The notes below the pieces were generated by a model. That model was not told the DNA's origin. It saw only the letters and a program-made list of their open reading frames with translations, and searched no databases. Shown here piece by piece: positions 54,977-62,277 of a DNA stretch of 64,000 nt. This DNA is from Eubacteriales bacterium (GTDB taxonomy: Bacteria > Bacillota > Clostridia > Oscillospirales > CAG-272). Numbering within the stretch: the stretch's first letter is position 1; each line of letters opens with the position of its first letter. The translations under genes were made by a program, and so were the position numbers. The stretch is from assembly GCA_045540755.1 (NCBI GenBank), contig JAZQHV010000082.1, forward strand, positions 24,952 through 88,951, written 5' to 3'.

Positions 54977-55698
54977 TGAAAATCCTTCAGATATTCTGCG
55001 ACCGATCGCGTCATTTCCCGAGAGAAATCCGAGTTGTACTTGCGGTCGCAAAACGCTTGCATCCAATCGGTATACGCCTTGCCGAGCGGCTTTTTGCCAA
55101 ACAGGGAGCGTAGCTCCGTACCGTCCATTTCGCGGTAGCCGTTTTCATGCACGATGTGCTGCATGTCCGCACGCTCGGGCTTTTGGCGCGTCATTTGTTG
55201 CTCGGTCGGATAGCCAAACACCAGCATGGCGGCAGGAAATACGTATTTGGGAAGGTGCAATGTTTCGCGGTGGATCTCGCAGTTTTCCATGATGTCGCCG
55301 ATATAGCAGGAACCGATGCCAAGGCTCTCGGCGGCGGTCACCGCATTCTGTGCGGCGATATTCGTGTCGCTTACGGCAAGCAGAAGGTCGCCGACGCCGA
55401 GATCACGCGGCGCACTGCCTGCATCGAGAAATGCATCGTACCACTTTTTGCAGTCGGCGCAGAAGATCAGCACCATTTTCGCCGTGGCGATAAAGGGCTG
55501 ATTGTCGCAACTGACCGCAAGCCTGTCCTTTAAACCTTGATCGGTCACGTCGATGATGGTATAGAGCTGTTGATTGCCTGCGGTCGGTGCCTCCACCGCC
55601 GCACGCAGGATCGCCTCTTTATCTTCCGCGGAGATCTCCTTTTCTGTGAATACGCGCACCGACTTCCGCGCGTACAGTTGCTTTAAGGTCTCATTCAT
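54973..55698 (-). CDS. nitroreductase-family protein
   Basis: 241 aa. Motifs [13 protein letters not shown] and APTAGNQQ. Confidence 0.8.
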   Translation of the reverse strand: MNETLKQLYARKSVRVFTEKEISAEDKEAILRAAVEAPTAGNQQLYTIIDVTDQGLKDRLAVSCDNQPFIATAKMVLIFCADCKKWYDAFLDAGSAPRDLGVGDLLLAVSDTNIAAQNAVTAAESLGIGSCYIGDIMENCEIHRETLHLPKYVFPAAMLVFGYPTEQQMTRQKPERADMQHIVHENGYREMDGTELRSLFGKKPLGKAYTDWMQAFCDRKYNSDFSREMTRSVAEYLKDFQ

Positions 55699-56780
55699 GC
55701 TTGTTCACCGTTGTCAAAAAAGGTCATTTGCATCGAGGGCGTCTCCTTTTGCTGTGTAGGAAAGGGGATGCCGAGATGTTCATAGGCAAGGCGGGTGACG
55801 CAACGGCCACGCGGCGTGCGCGAGAGATAGCCGATCTGCATCAGGTACGGCTCGTAAACGTCCTCGAGGGTGATGGCCTCCTCACCGACGGTTGCAGCAA
55901 GGGTATCAAGACCGACGGGGCCGCCGCCGTAGAATTTGATGATGGCTTCGAGCATACGGCGGTCGGTGTTGTCAAGACCGAGCTCGTCGATCTCCAGTGC
56001 GGCAAGTGCTTCCTTGGCGACTCCCTCTGTGATCTTGCCCTCCGCCTTGACGGTGGCAAAGTCGCGCACTCGCTTTAAGAGACGGTTGGCGATACGCGGT
56101 GTGCCGCGACTGCGCGATGCAATTTCGATTGCGCCCGATTCCTCCATTTCCACGTTCAGGATCTCGGCGGAGCGCTTGACGATCTGTGCCAGTTCCTCGG
56201 TGGTGTACAACTCGAGCTTGAGCAGAACGCCGAAACGGTCGCGGAGCGGCGTGGTCAGCTGTCCCGCGCGCGTGGTCGCGCCGATCAGGGTGAAGCGCGC
56301 AAGCGGAATGCGGATCGAGCGTGCCGAGGGACCCTTGCCCACGATGATATCGAGGGCGTAGTCCTCCATGGCGGGGTAGAGGATCTCCTCGACCGTGCGC
56401 GGCAGGCGGTGGAGCACGTCGATAAAGAGCACGTCGCCCTCCGAAAGGTTGGTGAGCAGTGCGGCAAGGTCGCCCTGCTTTTCGATGGCGGGGCCGGAGG
56501 TAGTGCGGATGTTTACGCCCATTTCGGATGCAATGATGTTGGAAAGTGTGGTCTTGCCGAGGCCGGGAGGGCCGTAGAGCAAAACGTGATCCAGGCTTTC
56601 GCCGCGGATCTTGGCGGCATCAATGTAGATCTTTAGATTGTCCTTTGCCTTTGCCTGCCCGACGTAGTCGTCGAGCGTTTTCGGACGCAGGGAGACCTCG
56701 GTCTCCGCGTCCATGGCGGTGTAGGAGGTCTCTACGATGCGATTTTCAAAGTCCATGTCTTCGCTGTAAAAGCTGTCCAT
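55695..56780 (-). CDS. ruvB: Holliday junction branch migration ATPase RuvB (atypical Walker B)
   Basis: 361 aa. Motifs [54 protein letters not shown]. Walker B reads [11 protein letters not shown]. Confidence 0.9.
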   Translation of the reverse strand: MDSFYSEDMDFENRIVETSYTAMDAETEVSLRPKTLDDYVGQAKAKDNLKIYIDAAKIRGESLDHVLLYGPPGLGKTTLSNIIASEMGVNIRTTSGPAIEKQGDLAALLTNLSEGDVLFIDVLHRLPRTVEEILYPAMEDYALDIIVGKGPSARSIRIPLARFTLIGATTRAGQLTTPLRDRFGVLLKLELYTTEELAQIVKRSAEILNVEMEESGAIEIASRSRGTPRIANRLLKRVRDFATVKAEGKITEGVAKEALAALEIDELGLDNTDRRMLEAIIKFYGGGPVGLDTLAATVGEEAITLEDVYEPYLMQIGYLSRTPRGRCVTRLAYEHLGIPFPTQQKETPSMQMTFFDNGEQA

Positions 56781-56792
56781 CGTGTTTCCTCC

Positions 56793-57404
56793 TTATTTCA
56801 TAAACTGTGCGAGAGCCGCACGGATGATATCGCCCGATTCCATACCGTCGGTCGCGATCTTGGAGAGCACACCGTTTATCTCGGCACGGCTGTAGCCGAG
56901 TGCCACAAGTGCCTCTGCCGCCTCGGTAAGCTTACTGCTCTTTTTCGGTGCGGCGACTGTGGTGCCGACCGTGACCGCAGGTGTGTCACCCGCGTAGGAG
57001 AGTTTGTCCTTCAACTCCAGTACGATGCGTGCGGCACCCTTGGTACCGATGCCGTTGGCACGCGCGATCGCCTTGGTGTCCTCAGTGGTTACGGCACGGG
57101 CAAGCCCGTCGGGCGTGAACGCCGAGAGGACACCCATCGCCGCCTTGGGACCGATGCCCGAAACGGTGAGCAGAAGCTTGAAGGTGGAGAGCTCCTCCTC
57201 GGTGTAAAAGCCGAACAGCTCTACGTCATCCTCACGCACTGCCATATAGGTGTAGAGCTTGACACGGTCGGTACGGGATGCGGCGCGGTCGAGCTCGGAG
57301 AGCGTATTCTGCGAGATCGTCAGCTTGTAGCCGACGCCGCCGCAGTCGATCACGCAAAGTCCTGCCTCGCGGAGGGCTAAGGTTCCGGAAATATAGTAAA
57401 ACAT
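56793..57404 (-). CDS. ruvA: Holliday junction DNA helicase subunit RuvA
   Basis: 203 aa. Motifs MFYYISGTL...VIDCGGVGYKL and FKLLLTVSGIGPKAA (HhH). Confidence 0.9.
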   Translation of the reverse strand: MFYYISGTLALREAGLCVIDCGGVGYKLTISQNTLSELDRAASRTDRVKLYTYMAVREDDVELFGFYTEEELSTFKLLLTVSGIGPKAAMGVLSAFTPDGLARAVTTEDTKAIARANGIGTKGAARIVLELKDKLSYAGDTPAVTVGTTVAAPKKSSKLTEAAEALVALGYSRAEINGVLSKIATDGMESGDIIRAALAQFMK

Positions 57405-60229
57405 CAGTTTTCTTCCTTTGTCGTTTCTGGATTGTCGTTTTCAGGGGCAGGGGGCGCTTCTTCGGTCAGCGAAGCAATTGATTCGGCGATTGCCGCCGCA
57501 CGGATCGCTTTTTTCTTTTTTGCGGCAGTTGTGCAGACAATAGCAAGCAGTACCGCCGCACTCACGGCGGTGATACCGATGCCGGTATACAACTGCTTCG
57601 GCACGTAGCGGATCTCGATATCATGCGTACCTGCGGAGGCATCGAAGGCAACCAGTGCCTGTAGATTCTTGTAGACCTCGACCTCCTCACCGTCCACCCA
57701 TGCGCGCCAGTTTGCGTCGTAAGGGATCGAGGTGAATACGGTGGTGCGGTCCTCGGGAAGCGTCAGCGTGCCGACAAAACGTGTGTCGCTCCACTCGTCA
57801 AGGTCAAGCTGATACTCGGCGAGCTCCGTAAAGCTTTCCTCGTACACAGGCGTGTTCACGTACCAGAGCAGAGGCTCGTCCGCACGGATGTATACGCGGT
57901 CTGCCTTGAGCGTCAGCGCCACGGAAACGTCGTCGCCTTCGTCGTGCCAGCCAAGCGAGATCATACGGTCGGTCTCATTGGCGAGCGCTGTGCCGCAGTC
58001 GCGGCCGTTGACCAGTACGCTGACCTCACGCGGATAATCGGTGGGAATATACAGATAGTATTGATTGCTTACCTCGGCGGTAAATTCGTAATACAGCGAG
58101 GCGGAATTGTCTGCGTTGATGGGTTTGTACAGCTCGTGTCCCGTGGTGTAGGCATAATTGAGGTTGGTGTCGCGCAGGTCGATGTTTTCCACTGCCGAAA
58201 ACAGCTCCACGGGCGCATCCTTGCCGAGCATCGCGCCCGCAAGGGCGTTCATGCGCTCCGGTGGCGTATAGTAGGCGTCAAAGGGGGCATACTCACCGTT
58301 TGCTATTGCCTCGTCATAGTTCTTGGGATAGGCAAGGTGTACGTCCTTTACACGCTCGTTTACCGCGTAGGCGATCGAAAGCGCGTGTGGGTTTTCGTAT
58401 ACGGTGGTAGCATTGCCCTCATAGCGCGGGATGTAGCCCTCGGGTACGTCGTATTCGGGATCGGCGATCACGTACTTCATCGCCATAAAGGAATCGAACG
58501 GAGCGGTGCCGCCGTAATACTTTGACCAGTGCGATTTGGAGGAAAGCCCCATGTAGCGCAAAAAGTCGATGGTCTCACGGTTAAGCGTGGAGGTCGAATT
58601 GGTGAAGCCGCGGATGCCGAGCAGCATCGGGGTGTTGATCAGCGGATGCAAGGTCTTGTCGAAGCGGTAGAATCCGTCGTCGTTTTCGAGGATCCAATCG
58701 GCGCTGTCTTCAAACTTCTTTTTGTTGTCGAGGAAGGAGTCGCGCGTGGAATAGACAACGTCGTCGTCGAGGAAGCAGATCGTGCAGATGCCCGAGACGA
58801 GCAGTTCGGCAGAGATCAGCACCAGCACTACACTTTCTGCGGCGCGCCGATAGGCACGACTGCGGAAGAGTGCGAGAGCACCGGCGAGTGCGCCCATAAA
58901 GAGGAGCGTGACGTAGAAGCAGAGCAGATCGCGGTTCAAGACGATCTTTTCTTCATAAAAGGAGCAGACCTTCTGACAGACGAGCACCGTAAGGAGCCAT
59001 CCGCTCGTCGTTGCACAAAGCTGTGCGGAGGAAAAAGAGCGGATCTCGGCAAACGCCTTTGCCGCCGCAACGATCAGGATAAAGACCAGCATAAAGCTGT
59101 AGCGGTAGTTGAGCCAGTTCGGCTCCTGCATACCGTGCCAGAACTCATCGATCATATCGATTGAGAAAGAGAAGACAAAAATGCCGATCAGCGCCGCCGT
59201 GCCGACCTTTTCGGAAAGGGAGACGCGCTTTGCCATGAAAAAGAGGGGGAGGAGCAGTACCGAAAGCAGACCGCAGTAGATAATGGGCAGTCCTTCGGGG
59301 CGCACGGTGTCATATGCGTTTAAGAAGAGGCGGCTGACGAGGTCGAGCAGATCGAAACGCGGCTCAAACTCGTATACGGGGTTTGAAAAAGCGGTCTTGC
59401 CGAAGGAGAGGGAATAGTAGGTCGGCAGAATGATACATGCCGCAAGTCCGATGGCAAGTGCCGAAAAGATACCCATGCGGACAAGCGAACGCAGGAACGG
59501 TGCTTTCCCCACTTTGGTTTTGACTACGCAGAAATAGGCGTAGAAGAAGTACACAAAGCAGAAGATACACATCATGAAACCGATGTAGAAGTTGGAGAAG
59601 ATCGCCAGTGCCAACGAGAGCGTAAAGAGCAGGTATCTGCGAATGCCGTATTTTTTGTTTTCGATCAGCGTTTCAATGCCGAGCGCAACGAGCGGGAGCA
59701 GATACATACAGTCGATCCACATCGTGTTGTGCTGATAGGTGATGCCGTAGCCCGAGAGGGCGTACAATGTGCCGAAGATCACGCGGGAGCGTGCCGAGCC
59801 GATCCCGTGCTTTTCCAGGTAGTACGCAAGGGTCATGCCGCACAGACCGCACTTGGTCGTAAAGAGCACGAGCAAGGCGTCGAGAAGCATGTTTTCGGGA
59901 AAGAGTGCGACGATCCAGGAGAGGGGACTCGACAGATAGTAGGCAAAGATGCCGAGGAATTCGCCGCCTGCCGCGCGGGAGAAAGAGTAGAGAAGGCTAC
60001 CGTCGCCGTGGAGCGCGTTGCGCAGAGCGCCGAAAAAGTAGATGTATTGCGCGTTCAGATCCAGTACCAGCACCGATTCTCTGCCGAACGGGAACACGCC
60101 GAACAGAAAATAGACGGTGTACATCAGAAGGCATGGGAGGGCAAACGCGGCGAAGAGGCCGAGACGGCGGTTTCGTTTGTGCAGGCGCTCGGACTCGCGG
60201 ATATCGGGTAAAACAAGATTAGGATTCAT
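57404..60229 (-). CDS. YfhO-family polytopic membrane protein
   Basis: 941 aa with many N-terminal TM helices. The YfhO-like start is VLDLNAQYIYFF. A large extracytoplasmic C-terminal part follows. Confidence 0.75.
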   Translation of the reverse strand: MNPNLVLPDIRESERLHKRNRRLGLFAAFALPCLLMYTVYFLFGVFPFGRESVLVLDLNAQYIYFFGALRNALHGDGSLLYSFSRAAGGEFLGIFAYYLSSPLSWIVALFPENMLLDALLVLFTTKCGLCGMTLAYYLEKHGIGSARSRVIFGTLYALSGYGITYQHNTMWIDCMYLLPLVALGIETLIENKKYGIRRYLLFTLSLALAIFSNFYIGFMMCIFCFVYFFYAYFCVVKTKVGKAPFLRSLVRMGIFSALAIGLAACIILPTYYSLSFGKTAFSNPVYEFEPRFDLLDLVSRLFLNAYDTVRPEGLPIIYCGLLSVLLLPLFFMAKRVSLSEKVGTAALIGIFVFSFSIDMIDEFWHGMQEPNWLNYRYSFMLVFILIVAAAKAFAEIRSFSSAQLCATTSGWLLTVLVCQKVCSFYEEKIVLNRDLLCFYVTLLFMGALAGALALFRSRAYRRAAESVVLVLISAELLVSGICTICFLDDDVVYSTRDSFLDNKKKFEDSADWILENDDGFYRFDKTLHPLINTPMLLGIRGFTNSTSTLNRETIDFLRYMGLSSKSHWSKYYGGTAPFDSFMAMKYVIADPEYDVPEGYIPRYEGNATTVYENPHALSIAYAVNERVKDVHLAYPKNYDEAIANGEYAPFDAYYTPPERMNALAGAMLGKDAPVELFSAVENIDLRDTNLNYAYTTGHELYKPINADNSASLYYEFTAEVSNQYYLYIPTDYPREVSVLVNGRDCGTALANETDRMISLGWHDEGDDVSVALTLKADRVYIRADEPLLWYVNTPVYEESFTELAEYQLDLDEWSDTRFVGTLTLPEDRTTVFTSIPYDANWRAWVDGEEVEVYKNLQALVAFDASAGTHDIEIRYVPKQLYTGIGITAVSAAVLLAIVCTTAAKKKKAIRAAAIAESIASLTEEAPPAPENDNPETTKEEN

Positions 60230-60431
60230 GATTTTCTCCGTTATTGGTGGTTTGTACGTTGCGGATCGCCTTTTCCAACTTCTCGCGCGGGAGCGTCATG
60301 TCCCGACCGCAACCGAGACAGATCACACGTACGTCACTGCCGATGCGGGCAACGCGCATTCGATTGGTTCCGCAGGGGTGCGGCTTTTTCAGTTCGAGAA
60401 TATCGTCTACCTGCAGACGTATGATGTGCAT
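60219..60431 (-). CDS. DUF951-family small protein
   Basis: 70 aa. Motifs ELKKPHPCGTNRMRVARIGSDVRVICLGCGRDM. Overlaps the YfhO start by 11 nt. Confidence 0.75.
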   Translation of the reverse strand: MHIIRLQVDDILELKKPHPCGTNRMRVARIGSDVRVICLGCGRDMTLPREKLEKAIRNVQTTNNGENHES

Positions 60432-60546
60432 GACCGTACCTCCGAAAACGTAATTATAATTATTATAACATAATTATAGTATGTTTTTCCATAGAATCCG
60501 AGAAAAAATATTTTTTTCGGGTATACTGTTCGGGGGTGAAAAAGGA

Positions 60547-61443
60547 ATGTGGCTTTTACAAAAGGAATTTTGCATGGCATTTGCAGATGTGTCCGAGGGA
60601 CTTGCTTTGTACGATCTGTATGCTGCGGATGGGGACAAGATGCGGTTACTTATGGCGGCGGCCGCCGCCGAGGCAGGGGAAACGCACCCCTTTGCTTCGG
60701 CGCTCACCGAGGCGGCAAAACGGCTTTGCATCGGTCTGCCGGTCGCGGAGGAGCGCACGCATTATGCGGGATACGGCATTTCGGTGTGCATCGGTGAAGA
60801 TGCGTATTTTTTCGGGAATGCCAAAGGATTGCGCCGCCTTTCGGTACCGATCCCGTATGTCGTGCGGCGCGCCGACCTCCACGGTTGTGCCGTTCTCTAT
60901 GCGGTGCGCAATGCCGAGTTCTGCGGCTTTTTTCTCTTTCGCCCTGCGGCAGCACCGATGGCGGAGACGGTGCTTGGTAGTCTGCGCGCCATGGGAAAGA
61001 ACTGCTTTTTGCTTGGCGGCGGTCGGTCTGCAGAGCTGCTTGCACGGTCGCTCGGGATGACGCACTTTTCCTCCGAAAAGGACTTGCAAGAACGCAAAAA
61101 GCATGCTAAAATAAGGATGATCGGCGGCGAGGAGATCCCTGTGCTTTACGGGAGGCTCGCCGCTTTCAAACGAATATTTTCCCGCCTGCGGGCGGAGACA
61201 CTTTTGGAGGATACGGATATGTTTGGAAAAGTGAATTATACAATGCAGATCAAAGGTATGAGCTGTGCACATTGCTCGGCACGTGTCAAGACCGCTCTGG
61301 AGTCACTACGCGGCGTCAGTGCAGACGTCTCGCTGGAGGAGAAGACAGCGCGCATCAAGTGTCCCGCCTCTCTGGACGCGGAAAAACTGAAGAACGCAGT
61401 GACCGAGGTCGGCTTTACCGTCGTTTCTCTCGAGCGCGTATGA
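60547..61443 (+). CDS. open frame: degenerate Cu-ATPase N/P-domain-like region fused in frame to an HMA (CopZ-like) domain
   Basis: N/P-domain-like segments ETHPFASALTEAA, GYGISVCIGEDAYFFGNAKGL, LRAMGKNCFLLGGGRSAELLARSLGM, IRMIGGEEIPVLYG. HMA region MQIKGMSCAHCSARV. An alternative HMA-only start exists at 61219 (GGAGG then 8 nt). The 5' boundary is uncertain (track start 60481). Confidence 0.5.
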   Translation: MWLLQKEFCMAFADVSEGLALYDLYAADGDKMRLLMAAAAAEAGETHPFASALTEAAKRLCIGLPVAEERTHYAGYGISVCIGEDAYFFGNAKGLRRLSVPIPYVVRRADLHGCAVLYAVRNAEFCGFFLFRPAAAPMAETVLGSLRAMGKNCFLLGGGRSAELLARSLGMTHFSSEKDLQERKKHAKIRMIGGEEIPVLYGRLAAFKRIFSRLRAETLLEDTDMFGKVNYTMQIKGMSCAHCSARVKTALESLRGVSADVSLEEKTARIKCPASLDAEKLKNAVTEVGFTVVSLERV

Positions 61444-62084
61444 GACGCTTTTTTACACTTTGTCTCTGCCTTGCCTGCCTGCTTGCGCTTGGCGGATGCG
61501 GGCTCTACGACCTGCTCGGTATAGACACGCATGATTATGCGGCAGAGCCGATGTTGCAGGCACTGCCAACGGATGGGGAGGTCGCCGCAGAACTGCTTTC
61601 CATGATCCCGATGATGGTGCAGAATACTCCGCATCTCATTCCTTTTGACAGCCCGGATGATGCCGCAGAGGCGTATCGTAACGGCATACTCTGCTTCCTT
61701 CTGGAACGCAATTATTCCAAATATAATGCCAACAACGCTTTGATTGCCGAGACCAGAGAGAGTTATCCTGCCTATGAGATCACGACGGTGATCCCCGCGG
61801 TGGATTTTGAAAGCACCGTTTACCGCTATTTCGGCGGGACGACCAGTGTGGAGAACCGCTCCACCGACTTGTTTCTGTATCTCGGTAAGGTGGATGCCTA
61901 TGTTTCGGTCGGCATTGGCGTGGATGACGGTGCCGAGATCGGGATCACCGAACTGTACGAGACCGAGAATACCTACGTTTGCACCTTTTCTGCCACAATG
62001 TACGGCACTGAGGCGGGACCATACCGCTTGCTTTGCATGAAGCGTGAAGACGGTACCTTTTACATGAAAACACTGACCAACTGA
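61440..62084 (+). CDS. lipoprotein, function unknown
   Basis: The ATG at 61440 overlaps the upstream stop (ATGA). Lipobox LLALGGCG. 214 aa. Confidence 0.7.
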   Translation: MRRFFTLCLCLACLLALGGCGLYDLLGIDTHDYAAEPMLQALPTDGEVAAELLSMIPMMVQNTPHLIPFDSPDDAAEAYRNGILCFLLERNYSKYNANNALIAETRESYPAYEITTVIPAVDFESTVYRYFGGTTSVENRSTDLFLYLGKVDAYVSVGIGVDDGAEIGITELYETENTYVCTFSATMYGTEAGPYRLLCMKREDGTFYMKTLTN

Positions 62085-62111
62085 AAGAGGCGGATATCCG
62101 CCTCTTTTTTT
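62084..62111 (+). terminator. intrinsic terminator
   Basis: Stem agaggcgg / ccgcctct followed by TTTTTT. Confidence 0.8.
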
Positions 62112-62114
62112 GTG

Positions 62115-62192
62115 GAACTTGCAAATATCATGCAGAACTTGCAAATATCCTCTTTAAAAATTACAAATATTCATGAGAATATTACAGATATT
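62115..62192 (+). promoter_or_regulatory. four phased direct repeats (candidate operator/activator sites)
   Basis: GAACTTGCAAATATC occurs twice (62115-62129 and 62135-62149). ATTACAAATATT is at 62160-62171 and ATTACAGATATT at 62181-62192. The TTRCARATATY cores start at 62119, 62139, 62161 and 62182. Confidence 0.5.
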
Positions 62193-62212
62193 AAGATTCC
62201 AAATGAGCTGTG

Positions 62213-62241
62213 TTGCGAAAACTTCGAAAAACTGGTATAAT
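62213..62241 (+). promoter_or_regulatory. putative sigma-A promoter of the GH127 gene
   Basis: TTGCGA (62213-62218), 17 nt, TGgTATAAT (-10 at 62236-62241). Confidence 0.55.
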
Positions 62242-62277
62242 TTTTATAAACCTATTGAACGATCTTTGGAGGACACT

